From contig OZ242383.1 of NCBI GenBank assembly GCA_965209155.1, positions 960,001-1,024,000 on the forward strand: a stretch of 64,000 nucleotides of DNA, written 5' to 3'. The stretch comes from a bacterium. GTDB taxonomy: Bacteria > SAR324 > NAC60-12. The notes below the pieces were generated by a model. That model saw only the letters and a list, made by a program, of their open reading frames with translations. It was not told the DNA's origin and made no database searches. The position numbers and the translations under genes were made by a program. Positions 29,488 to 39,145 of the stretch are shown here, in pieces (within the stretch, counting starts at the first letter, position 1; every line of letters starts with the position of its first letter).

Positions 29488-31361
29488 GCTTTTTATACCA
29501 ACTGACCAAATTCAACTTCGAAATGCCTTTTGCCATCATCAAAAAGCAGGTCGAAGAGGATGCCCTGATCCTGGAAGGAGACGCATTATCTCTGCAGCGG
29601 CTTTGCGAAATCCCCAGAAAAACCGGAAAAATTCCTCAAGGGGAGATTTTCGATACCATTAGTTTGATCCCGTTTTGTCAATTGAAAGAACGAGCATTTC
29701 AGGTCCATGATGCAGGAGAGAAGATATTATGTATCCAGATTCATACACAAACCCGAATTGCGCTGGAAGATCTGATCAACATCCTTCCCAGTGAAGAGGT
29801 CTCCTTGAAAAAAGGGCTTCGGTACAATTATTCATACGAAGCGTATGAACAAATCATCCGAGCTGTGGTAGAAGACGAGATTGGCAATGGGGAAGGAGCA
29901 AACTTCGTCATTCCACGAAGAGGAGAAGCCCAGATCATCGATATGCACCTGACGAAGGCGTTGAGTCTTTATAAGAATTTGCTTCAGAACGAGATGGGGA
30001 GTTATTGGAAGTTCATTTTTTTTAACGGAGAACGATATTTCATAGGCGCCACGCCGGAACGTCATATTTCCGTTTATAAAAAACAGGTTAAAATGAACCC
30101 CATCAGTGGAACTTTTCGAAAAAAGAAAGATAAAATCAGCCGTACCGAATTCAAAGCGGATCTTCTCCAATTTTTAACGGACCAGAAAGAAATCAATGAA
30201 TTGTTTATGGTGGTTGATGAAGAGCTGAAAATGATGGCGCGTTTTTGCGAAGAAGGAGGCATGGTTGTCGGCCCTCTCTTGAAAGAAATGTCCAAGCTCA
30301 TTCATACGGAATATCTTTTGGCCGGGAAAAGCAATCATGACATAATCGAATTGCTGCGAAACTCCATGTATGCGGCTACCGTCACGGGCAGTCCCTTGGA
30401 AAATGCCTGTAAGATCATTCATAAATATGAAAATGAATCACGCAGCTATTACGCAAGCGCCCTGGCTTTGATTGGCCGTGATGAGGATGGCGAGGACACT
30501 CTGGATAGTCCCATCACCATCAGGACGGTGGAAATCGATAAAGACGGGGCGATGGTGCTGCAAGTGGGCGCAACTCTGGTAAGGGACTCGGTTCCATCAG
30601 AGGAGGTGAAAGAAACGGTAGCTAAAATCGGGGCAATGCTTGAAAATATTGAAAATCCCCCTTCCAGAGCTCCGGAAGCGATTTTACCTGACTTTGCAGG
30701 AGACGATGAGATCCAGATCGTCATGCAGCGGCGTAATCAATTTCTTTCCAAATTTTGGTTTTTTGACCAAGCTGAAGCTTCTGAATTGAAAATATTTTCC
30801 AACTATAAAATCACCATCACTGACAATGAGGATGATTTTTGTCTGATGATGCGGCACATGATCAATCGTATGGGAGCCACGGCACGAGTGGTTCGGTTTT
30901 CGGAATACGAGCTGGAGGCCGATGATGCGGACCTCGTCATCGTGGGACCGGGCCCCGGTAATCCAAACGAATTGGATCATCCGAAAATGAAAACCGTCTT
31001 TGAACTGACGCAACAGCTTCTTGCTTCTAAAAGAAAATTCATGTCCGCTTGTTTGGGACACCAGATCCTCTGCAAAGTTTTAGGTTTTGAAGTTCTAAAA
31101 AAACACACTCCCTTTCAGGGAACTCAGGAAAGAATCGATTTCTTCGGTCAACTGCAGCGCGTCGGATTCTATAATACTTTTACCGGCAAATATGAGAGAG
31201 CAATTCCTGGATTGGAGGTCTCATACGATACCGAAAATAAAGAAATCCATGCGTTGAAGTGCGAACAGTTCATCAGTTTTCAATTCCATGTGGAATCAAT
31301 CCTGACGCAAAATGGTTATGAGATCCTCAAAGAGGCTTTACAGTCTCTGCATTGCGCATGA
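29484..31361 (+). CDS. Fused anthranilate/ADIC synthase family enzyme (PhzE-like; chorismate-binding + GATase domains)
   Basis: GEGANFVI, GATPERH, MNPISGT, MVVDEELKMM, TVTGSP, GPGPG, CLGHQ, GFYNTF and QFHVES. Confidence 0.9.
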   Translation: MSFLYQLTKFNFEMPFAIIKKQVEEDALILEGDALSLQRLCEIPRKTGKIPQGEIFDTISLIPFCQLKERAFQVHDAGEKILCIQIHTQTRIALEDLINILPSEEVSLKKGLRYNYSYEAYEQIIRAVVEDEIGNGEGANFVIPRRGEAQIIDMHLTKALSLYKNLLQNEMGSYWKFIFFNGERYFIGATPERHISVYKKQVKMNPISGTFRKKKDKISRTEFKADLLQFLTDQKEINELFMVVDEELKMMARFCEEGGMVVGPLLKEMSKLIHTEYLLAGKSNHDIIELLRNSMYAATVTGSPLENACKIIHKYENESRSYYASALALIGRDEDGEDTLDSPITIRTVEIDKDGAMVLQVGATLVRDSVPSEEVKETVAKIGAMLENIENPPSRAPEAILPDFAGDDEIQIVMQRRNQFLSKFWFFDQAEASELKIFSNYKITITDNEDDFCLMMRHMINRMGATARVVRFSEYELEADDADLVIVGPGPGNPNELDHPKMKTVFELTQQLLASKRKFMSACLGHQILCKVLGFEVLKKHTPFQGTQERIDFFGQLQRVGFYNTFTGKYERAIPGLEVSYDTENKEIHALKCEQFISFQFHVESILTQNGYEILKEALQSLHCA

Positions 31362-31479
31362 ACAAGCTGCCCTGGCCACATTTGTCTTCTCTCTTGCTTC
31401 CTCGGAAAGAACAAAGGCGTAGAGTTCACAATCCCTTTTGACGCACGAGCGTAAAATTACAAAATCTGCGGATTATTCA

Positions 31480-31971
31480 TCAAAACAGGTATTGGAGCTT
31501 TTGACCCACTTCGAGATTCAATATCTTCGCTTGTCCTGCAGCCAATTCCAGGACAAAATTGGCTTTTTTATCGGGAACGAGGGTACGGGGTTCCTGGTTT
31601 TGCAGAGGAGGGGTGGCATGTTCGATGTGCACGATGCGATGATTGTCCATCCATAGAATATCAAGAGGAATGAGCATATTTTTCATCCAGAAGGAATGCT
31701 TTTTTTTTTCATCGAAAATAAAGAGCATTCCTTTCCCGGGTAGCAATTGTTTACGAAAACTCAATCCGATCCTGCGTTTTTCCTCAGTGTCCGCAATTTC
31801 GACATCAATGGTATTACCTCGGGGGGTAATGACTTTGGCATGGGTATATTGAAGTGATCCGGCTCCTTCCCGGGCACTGGCAATGAAAGCAGGATCAAAT
31901 AGAAGAACGACCGTACAAAGAAGCAGTAGAAATCCAGAATTTTGCAACGGAATCGACCTGGTGGAATTCAT
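31480..31971 (-). CDS. DUF192 domain protein
   Basis: VEIADT..R..GL, GMLFIF, FWMKN..PLD and VLEL.AG. Confidence 0.9.
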   Translation of the reverse strand: MNSTRSIPLQNSGFLLLLCTVVLLFDPAFIASAREGAGSLQYTHAKVITPRGNTIDVEIADTEEKRRIGLSFRKQLLPGKGMLFIFDEKKKHSFWMKNMLIPLDILWMDNHRIVHIEHATPPLQNQEPRTLVPDKKANFVLELAAGQAKILNLEVGQKLQYLF

Positions 31972-32486
31972 GCGGATTTACGAGATTGCTTGATCAACCT
32001 TTTTTTAACCATTTTCTGCTTCAACATGGGAAGATGATCGATAAATAAGATTCCGTTCAAGTGGTCCAATTCGTGTTGGATGCAAATGGCTGTGAGGCCG
32101 TCTGTTTCTAGTTGATGAGGATGGCCTTCGACATCTTGATAATTCAAAATTATCTGTTGCGCTCGTTTAACTTCCGCCCTGAAGTCGGTGACGCTCAAAC
32201 AACCTTCCTCCGTGACAACTTCTCCTGTTTTGTGAATAATGTCGGGATTGACAAAAACATGAGGGTCGCGGGTGGACAGGTCCTCATTTCCACTGAAAAC
32301 ATCAACCACCACGATTCGTTTCAGAATTCCCACTTGATTGGCAGCCAAGCCTATACCCTCAGACGCATACATGGTGTTCAGCATATTTTCTGCTAATTTT
32401 TCCAGCTCCTCATTAAAGACCCCAATGGGTTTTGCGACCTGTTTCAAGATAGGGTCGGGAAAGGTATGAACAGGGAGTAGAGTCAT
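31968..32486 (-). CDS. def: Peptide deformylase
   Basis: GIGLAANQVG, EGCLS and QHELDHLNG. Confidence 0.97.
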   Translation of the reverse strand: MTLLPVHTFPDPILKQVAKPIGVFNEELEKLAENMLNTMYASEGIGLAANQVGILKRIVVVDVFSGNEDLSTRDPHVFVNPDIIHKTGEVVTEEGCLSVTDFRAEVKRAQQIILNYQDVEGHPHQLETDGLTAICIQHELDHLNGILFIDHLPMLKQKMVKKRLIKQSRKSA

Positions 32487-32553
32487 TTTTTTGTTTATGA
32501 TTTCAAACTGATAGTTTTAGATGGACCAACAAGCCGAGCAGTGAACGTACTGA

Positions 32554-33642
32554 TCATTTTAACTCGATTCGTTTTAAAAAATCAATTAAGAATTCCTGCC
32601 ACACCGGGTCAGGAAGGATTTGCATTTCCATCACCCAGACCTCATTTGCCAACTCGGGGAATTGCTGCAATTTGACCGCGTCTTTTTCAGTAGTGATCCA
32701 AAAATCCGGTTTTATTTTTTGTTTATACTGCAATAACGAAATGATCTTCCGGCGTGAATAGACAAAATGATCCTCAAAGAAGAGCATGTCTGCTATTTCA
32801 GCATTCAATTGCTTGAAAATCAGAGTAAAACTTTCCGGCTGAGCAATGCCACAAGTCAATAAAACACTTTTTTTTCGCAGGGCAGCCAAATTCAAATTCT
32901 CCTGCCTGTCGAGACGTCTTAATACTGAAGGCAGGTAATTGAATTTAAATACGGGACAGTCAATCTTAAATTGATTCTGCAGTTGGTGAAGCACGCGGTC
33001 CGAGAATCCCAGGTTACTTTTGGTCAAAATAATCGCATCTGCTCTCTGCCAATGATGCTCGGGTTCTCTCAGCTCTCCCAATGGTAAAAGGTACCCGTTG
33101 CCCAACCCCCGCTGCGCATCAATCAAAAGTAAATTCAGATCCCGTTTCAATTGCAGGATCTGAAAACCATCGTCCAATACGCAAATTTGCGGATTGTCCC
33201 AAAGTTTTGCAAGATGTGCCGACAAATTCCGGTTTGGCCCAATATAAACCGGGATAGACGGATTTCTGGACGCCAATAAATATGGCTCATCACCGCAAGT
33301 GAAGGGCGTATTGGGAAGATCTTCAGACGAACAGATTCGTTGCAGGGAAGCCTGGGAGCGATTGCCATATCCCCTCGTTAAAATTGCGCTACGAAACCCT
33401 AACCGGTTCAATTCTCTGACCAGAAAATCGACTACCGGTGTTTTGCCAGTACCTCCTGTTGTAAGATTACCCACTGATATGATTGAGGTGTCTGCTTTTT
33501 TTGCCTTAAAAATACCATGCCGGTAGAGAGCCAGTCGTGCTAAAACAAGTGCCTCGTAAATCAATGAAAGCGTCAATAATACGAAATAAAGAGGAGCTGT
33601 TTTCCAAGAAAATTTCTGTTTCAGCATTGGTGAAATATCCAT
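32554..33642 (-). CDS. lpxK: Tetraacyldisaccharide 4'-kinase
   Basis: SVGNLTTGGTGKTP, RGYG, GDEP, LDDGFQ, LPLGELRE and TTEKDAVK. Confidence 0.95.
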   Translation of the reverse strand: MDISPMLKQKFSWKTAPLYFVLLTLSLIYEALVLARLALYRHGIFKAKKADTSIISVGNLTTGGTGKTPVVDFLVRELNRLGFRSAILTRGYGNRSQASLQRICSSEDLPNTPFTCGDEPYLLASRNPSIPVYIGPNRNLSAHLAKLWDNPQICVLDDGFQILQLKRDLNLLLIDAQRGLGNGYLLPLGELREPEHHWQRADAIILTKSNLGFSDRVLHQLQNQFKIDCPVFKFNYLPSVLRRLDRQENLNLAALRKKSVLLTCGIAQPESFTLIFKQLNAEIADMLFFEDHFVYSRRKIISLLQYKQKIKPDFWITTEKDAVKLQQFPELANEVWVMEMQILPDPVWQEFLIDFLKRIELK

Positions 33643-33848
33643 TTCGAATCAAGTTTCAATTCTGTCGATGCATTGTTGTTATAATTGCTATCTTCAGGGA
33701 GGAGATCCAATGTTCCAGGAAAGGTCGAATTTTTGTTCCTCCTCCATTCCAGGAAATTACCCCCTGTAGAACATTTTTATAAAATTTGATAGAATATCTC
33801 CTGTTTATTGTCAAACTTCCAAGAACCTGAGAAGATTCATTTCAGACC

Positions 33849-34796
33849 ATGATTGACCATTTGGACTTGATCTTAGCCAAACCACGGGGTTTCTGTGCCG
33901 GAGTTGACCGGGCCATCACCATTGTTGAAAAGGCCCTCGAGTCCTATGGACCTCCCATTTATATACGACACGAAATCGTACACAATCCGCACGTTGTGAA
34001 GCGCTTGCAAAAGTGTGGCGCTATTTTCGTCGAGGACCTGGAAGAGGTTCCAAAGGGAGCATGGATTATTTTTTCGGCGCATGGAGTTTCACCAACCGTT
34101 CGAAAAAAAGCAGTAGAATTGGGACTGAAAACTTTGGACGCGACATGCCCTTTGGTCACCAAAGTCCATTTGGAAGCGCAACGCTTTGCAAAATCGGGAT
34201 ATACCATCATCTTGATTGGCCATCGTGACCATGTTGAAGTGCAGGGAACTGTGGGAGAAGCTCCTCATAATATAATTGTCGTGAGCAGTATCGAGGATGT
34301 CGAAAAGCTGGCAATATCTCCCAATCAAAAAGTAGCTTATTTGACTCAAACGACTTTATCCATGGATGATACGGCAGAAATCATTGCGGCATTGAAATGG
34401 AAATTTCCTGCTATTCAAGGTCCGCCTAAAGAAGACATTTGTTATGCTACCCAAAATCGCCAGAACGCTGTAAAAGTGATGGCGGATGAGGTGGACCTGG
34501 TACTGGTACTGGGCGCTCCCAATAGTTCCAACACCTTGAGGTTGGTGGAAGTGGCTCGCGCCAACGGAATACCTGCCAAACGCATAGAATCGGTAAATGA
34601 AATTCAGCTCGAGTGGTTGAATGGGATCAAGCGCATCGGTATCACAGCCGGGGCTTCCGCACCCGAAGAGATTGTTCAAGAAACGATCAATGCGCTGAAA
34701 AACATGTCTGTCGATAGTCAGGTCCGGGAATTTACGCTAGTTGAAGAAAACGTTACTTTCGTCCTTCCATCCGTTTTAAAAACGGCAACATTATAG
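33849..34796 (+). CDS. ispH: 4-hydroxy-3-methylbut-2-enyl diphosphate reductase
   Basis: PRGFCAGV, IVHN, DATCPLV, ICYATQNRQ and TAGASAPE. Confidence 0.97.
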   Translation: MIDHLDLILAKPRGFCAGVDRAITIVEKALESYGPPIYIRHEIVHNPHVVKRLQKCGAIFVEDLEEVPKGAWIIFSAHGVSPTVRKKAVELGLKTLDATCPLVTKVHLEAQRFAKSGYTIILIGHRDHVEVQGTVGEAPHNIIVVSSIEDVEKLAISPNQKVAYLTQTTLSMDDTAEIIAALKWKFPAIQGPPKEDICYATQNRQNAVKVMADEVDLVLVLGAPNSSNTLRLVEVARANGIPAKRIESVNEIQLEWLNGIKRIGITAGASAPEEIVQETINALKNMSVDSQVREFTLVEENVTFVLPSVLKTATL

Positions 34797-35345
34797 TTCC
34801 CGATTATCTTTCCAGAATTCGCGGAATTGCTCCAACGCTTTGCGTCTCATGGAGATCAAATTTTTTTGAGCAGGAAGCATCTCCGCAAAGGTCACCTCGA
34901 ATCCTTCGGGACAAAAAATACTATCCCAACCAAATCCGTGACCACCCCGAGGCGCAACAATCGTTCCTTTCAATGCGCCAAAAAACAGGTACTCTTTTAC
35001 TCCATTTGTGAATCCTAATCCACAAACAGATTCTGCGCTGAAGTCTTCAAAAACCGACAATGCCTTAAACAAATCGTCAACTCCAAGCTCATCGAGGAAC
35101 CATTTGATAAATGGACCAGGCAGTCTGTTCCATGCATTGAAAAAAAGAGCGGTGTCTTCCACTAAAAGCGGTTTTTGAATTTCTTTATAGGCTTGTCTCA
35201 TTTGATGTTTCAACAGGGTTTGCATGTTCGTGGTTTGGATTTCATCAAGATCCAATTCCGCATGTTCGATGGGAATCCGTAATATTTCTCGAAACTCTTT
35301 TAATTTATTTGAATTGGAAGTGACGAAATAGAGAGGAGGATTCAT
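34791..35345 (-). CDS. Ham1/RdgB-family non-canonical purine NTP pyrophosphatase
   Basis: TSNSNK..E, VEDT.L, LPGPFIKW, FGWD.IF and TFAEM..KN.ISMR. Confidence 0.92.
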   Translation of the reverse strand: MNPPLYFVTSNSNKLKEFREILRIPIEHAELDLDEIQTTNMQTLLKHQMRQAYKEIQKPLLVEDTALFFNAWNRLPGPFIKWFLDELGVDDLFKALSVFEDFSAESVCGLGFTNGVKEYLFFGALKGTIVAPRGGHGFGWDSIFCPEGFEVTFAEMLPAQKNLISMRRKALEQFREFWKDNREL

Positions 35346-35397
35346 TTTTATACCTGCAATACCTGGTAGTCGTCAGAGAGCCGCGTTTCTCGTCAAT

Positions 35398-35772
35398 TCA
35401 CGTGATCGACTGGAATCCATCGACGGTAATTGCCTGGCCCGTGATAAAGTTCGGCTCGGCACTCGCCAGGAACGCAACCACCTCGCCGGTGTCTTCGGGC
35501 GTGCCAAAGAGCCCAAGGCTAATCCCTTCCGGAACCTTATGAGCCAAAGCCTTGGCAGTCTGCTCAGTTTTGATGGTGCCCGGACATATCGCATTCACCC
35601 GATTGATTCCGTGTTCATCTACCGCGGCTTTAGCCTTGGAAGCCGTTCGTGATGAGATTGAAACAATTTCTGAGTTTTTCGATTCGAGCGAAGCAGGAAG
35701 GTGGGCCTTCATGCCAATCTCTGAAGTCGAAATAAGACCATACCGAACAACTTTCTTTCTCATGTCTTTCAC
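35398..35772 (-). pseudogene. In-frame chimera of a Gfo/Idh/MocA N-terminus and the SDR1 C-terminus (operon copy A)
   Basis: First ~58 aa match 58136-59188; last ~62 aa match 45408-46143. Confidence 0.88.
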
Positions 35773-35978
35773 CCATCCAGGGCGTTTTCGATTGGGCGGT
35801 TCTCGTCGTCAAATTACGTCAGCACTTCAACCGAGCGCGTGCTGGTCTCATCCAGGACTTGATCCTCGCTGCTCTCTGTGTCAGTCCTTGAAAATATGGG
35901 GCAATCCTGCCCTTCCCGGAACGAAAAGCATGGGATTCAGAGCGCATCATTTATAGTAAAACAGGGAGCAGGGTCGAA

Positions 35979-36084
35979 GTAGGCCCAATGAACAAGCAAT
36001 AACCTTACTACATCCTCATATTGTGGCCAATACGATTCCCAATATGCTGTAGGCCCAATGAACAAGCAATAACCTTACTACATC
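35979..36084. CRISPR. Orphan CRISPR-like mini array: two identical 36-nt repeats and one 34-nt spacer
   Basis: GTAGGCCCAATGAACAAGCAATAACCTTACTACATC at 35979-36014 and 36049-36084; no cas genes in the window. Confidence 0.42.
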
Positions 36085-36168
36085 TGGTGAAAAATTATCC
36101 AGGTTGCAGAAGGTGGTATTTTGTGATTATGAAAAGAATATACTGAATTACTCCTAAGAAGAGGTCTT

Positions 36169-36537
36169 ATGCCCAGATTTGAAAAGGATGAAGCAAGGGA
36201 AGAGCGGATCACAATGGAAATCGTGGTAGACTGCTACAATGAATATGAACGAGCAGCAGGATGGGAATGTGTGCTTGGTGATACCCTGATTTTTCCTTTC
36301 AAGGCTAAATGTATTGAAGCAAAACGTGTTTCACCATTGAAAGAAGGAGAAATAGTGACTGCATTAGACTTAATCCCTCTTGAAGAAGGAGGAAATGAGT
36401 TTTTTGTAGAAATTGATTGGGAAGAGCGGAATATGGGAGTTCCTCTATCCCAGTTAGAAGGAATTGATGTCGATGATGAAGTCCAGCAAATTATAGGAGA
36501 TTGGCACTATTGGGTGAAACAGGGATATGAATTTTAA
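36169..36537 (+). CDS. CcbP-like calcium-binding family protein
   Basis: REERITMEIVVDCY, FPFKAKC, VPLSQL and DWHYWV..GYEF. Confidence 0.82.
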   Translation: MPRFEKDEAREERITMEIVVDCYNEYERAAGWECVLGDTLIFPFKAKCIEAKRVSPLKEGEIVTALDLIPLEEGGNEFFVEIDWEERNMGVPLSQLEGIDVDDEVQQIIGDWHYWVKQGYEF

Positions 36538-36663
36538 AATCAAAAAAGCAGAATCATAGAAACCTGCACATAGCCAGCAAAAATGGTATTTTTAATAATT
36601 TCTCCCGTTTTGTCGACAAACAGGAACATAGCGATTATCGTACTCAAAGCAATAGGAAGATCA

Positions 36664-36900
36664 ATGCATGAACGTATAACCATTGACCCTAAAATTTGCC
36701 ATGGACAAGCCTGCATCAAAGGGACACGAATTCCAGTTCATCAAATTGTCCATATGCTTGCCAATGATGATTCCATTGAAGTATTACTGAAAGAATATCC
36801 TTCTATTGAACGAATGGATATTTTAGCTTGTCTGGACTACGCAGCCTCCCTTGCGGAAGAACAAGTAACTCCTCTTGATTCACTATCAGAAGCTATATGA
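36664..36900 (+). CDS. DUF433 antitoxin
   Basis: RITIDPKICHGQACIKGTRIPV...YP..I...DILACLDYA. Confidence 0.9.
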   Translation: MHERITIDPKICHGQACIKGTRIPVHQIVHMLANDDSIEVLLKEYPSIERMDILACLDYAASLAEEQVTPLDSLSEAI

Positions 36901-37045
36901 AAATTCTGGTAGATGAAAACATTCCCATGATTACAGTAAATTCGCTTTTGGAACAAGGGCATGATGTATAGGATATTCGAGGTTCCGAATCTGAAGGCAT
37001 GATTGACGATTTACTTTGGGATGCTTCCCAACAAGAAAAGAGCGA
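36897..37045 (+). pseudogene. DUF5615 PIN-like toxin, with nonsense codon and truncation
   Basis: ATGA overlap; MKILVDENIP...GHDV*DIRG with in-frame TAG at 36969. Confidence 0.8.
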
Positions 37046-37057
37046 TAAACTTCATTG

Positions 37058-38560
37058 TTATCTACTTAAATCAGCATTGGCTAAAAACTGCGGAGCTTTT
37101 CGAACTTGAGTTGCTTGCTCATAAGCATAGGCTAATTTGATCAGCGTGGGTTCTTGATAAGCGCCTCCAAAAAATGAAACGCCGACAGGGAGCCCGAAGA
37201 TAAATCCAGTAGGAACTGTAATGCCAGGATAACCCGCCACTGCAGGAAACATGGAGCTTTTACTGTTATATGGGGGATCTCCATTGACCAAATCGGTGGT
37301 CCAGGCAGGGCTCCCTGTCGGTGCCACAATCGCATCCAGCTGATGCTCCTGCAAAACTTGATCGATGCCGTCTGTTCTTGAAAGACGTCGACATTTCTCT
37401 AAGGCATTCTGGTATTTTTCACTCGATAATGGCCCTTTTTCTTCTGCTTTCAGTAAAAGTTCCTGGCCAAAATAGGGCATTGCATTGGCCCGGTTTTGTT
37501 CATTGAATGCAATGACTTCCTTCAATGAATGGACGTGGACCTCGGAGCCAAGCTCTCTCAAATAGCGGTTGAGATCTGTTTTGAATTCATACAGCAGCAC
37601 TTCAATTTCAGCTTGTTTTAATGGTTCAATATTTTCCATCTTGATCGGATCTACGATTTCGGCACCGAGCTGCTTCATTTTTTCAATGGCCTCATCAGTG
37701 ATCAGGTCGACTTTATCATGAAAGCCAAAGAGATTTCGTGCTATTCCTATCCTTGCTCCTTCAAGGCCATTGGGATCTAAGAACGGTGTGTAGTCGGTAT
37801 AGGATTTTCCTTGACTTTCTTCGGTAACGGAATCTCGGAGGTCTACTCCAGTAAGAGCACCAAGGAGGATGGCCGCATCCTCGACAGTTCTTGCCATCGG
37901 ACCTGCGGTATCCTGGCTGTGCGCAATCGGGATGATACCGGATCTTCCAACCAGGCCGACAGTGGGTTTGATTCCAACCAGGCAACTTGCTGAAGAAGGT
38001 GTCATGATGGAACCATCCGTTTCCGTGCCAATTGCAGCAGCACAGAGGTTTGCAGCAACAGCAACTCCCGAACCTGCGCTGGATCCGAAAGGATTCCGGT
38101 CAAGAACATAGGGATTTCGCGTTTGACCCCCACGACTACTCCAACCACTCGAGGAGCATGTCGATCTGAAATTAGCCCACTCGCTCAAGTTTGTTTTACC
38201 GAGTATCACCGCACCCGCTTCTCGAAGTTTTTGAGCAACAAATGAATCTTGGGAAGCAATGGAGCCAATAAGAGCTAAAGAGCCTGCCGTTGTCATCATT
38301 TGATCGGCAGTGTCGATGTTATCTTTAATGAGAATTGGGATACCATGCAATGGCCCCCGAGGCCCATGGGTTTTACGCTCTGTATCTAGAGTATCTGCAA
38401 TTGCTAAAGCATCCGGGTTGAGTTCAAGAACCGCATTGATCGCTGGTCCTTGCTTATCAATTTCTTCAATTCGTGCCAGATACCACTCTGTCATCCTCCG
38501 AGCACTCTCCGCCTCCGAGTTCATTTTTTCTTGCAATTGACGAATGGTCATTTCTTCCAT
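37058..38560 (-). CDS. Amidase-signature family amidase (peptide amidase-like)
   Basis: GPLHGIPILIKDNI, GKTNLSEW, GSSAGS and IGTETDGSI. Confidence 0.93.
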   Translation of the reverse strand: MEEMTIRQLQEKMNSEAESARRMTEWYLARIEEIDKQGPAINAVLELNPDALAIADTLDTERKTHGPRGPLHGIPILIKDNIDTADQMMTTAGSLALIGSIASQDSFVAQKLREAGAVILGKTNLSEWANFRSTCSSSGWSSRGGQTRNPYVLDRNPFGSSAGSGVAVAANLCAAAIGTETDGSIMTPSSASCLVGIKPTVGLVGRSGIIPIAHSQDTAGPMARTVEDAAILLGALTGVDLRDSVTEESQGKSYTDYTPFLDPNGLEGARIGIARNLFGFHDKVDLITDEAIEKMKQLGAEIVDPIKMENIEPLKQAEIEVLLYEFKTDLNRYLRELGSEVHVHSLKEVIAFNEQNRANAMPYFGQELLLKAEEKGPLSSEKYQNALEKCRRLSRTDGIDQVLQEHQLDAIVAPTGSPAWTTDLVNGDPPYNSKSSMFPAVAGYPGITVPTGFIFGLPVGVSFFGGAYQEPTLIKLAYAYEQATQVRKAPQFLANADLSR

Positions 38561-38689
38561 TGTAAAAGCTCCACATGATTGTTTAAATTCACTGTTGCCT
38601 GAACCATAGCAAGAAATCTACTTTTTATCGACCCATTGACCACTCTATAAGAATAAAAGTGCAATCAGAGCTAGAACCATGAGTACTTT

Positions 38690-38845
38690 CAGTTTGCCTT
38701 TACCAGATTCCTTTTATTGCTACTTCTGCACAAGGCTTTAGTAGAATGCCATCGACTTTGCTAACAATTGTTGGAGTTCACTTAAAAAAGGATATCTGGG
38801 ATTAAATCGATACAATCGGGTCTTCCCATTGGATGATAAAATCAG
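38690..38845 (-). pseudogene. Winged-helix protein C-terminal remnant
   Basis: GKTRLYRFNPRYPFLSELQQLLAKSMAFY followed by stops. Confidence 0.5.
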
Positions 38846-38905
38846 TGTGCTTGCCTTAAAAGATATCTCCTCTACTGCTATCACTCCTGAGAGCAGCCGC
38901 TGAAT

Positions 38906-39120
38906 CTGATCCCCGCTAAAATTTTATGCCCCTCACAAGCGATACCTCCCACTAGTCCTGCTCACCAGTCAAGGTCGCTACGATGTCCCCTAGAGTGGAA
39001 GACCCTCTGCGGAGCAAAGAGTATCAAGGGATTACCCCACATTTAAACCTTGGATAAAGCGAAAAAAGATTTGACCCCTTTTGACCCCTTTTCAAGCCAA
39101 TAATATAGGATAAGGTCTTT
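38906..39120. repeat. Copy of the Uma2 3' end/AbiEii 3' end junction region (source 47298-47511)
   Basis: ctgatccccgctaaaattttatg...ggataaggtctt, near-identical with scattered substitutions. Confidence 0.9.
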
Positions 39121-39145
39121 TTCTATCCTAATCTCTATGGCCATT

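Noticed and set aside
29484..31361. Phenazine biosynthetic cluster
   Set aside because: Only a PhzE-like gene is present; no other phz genes flank it.
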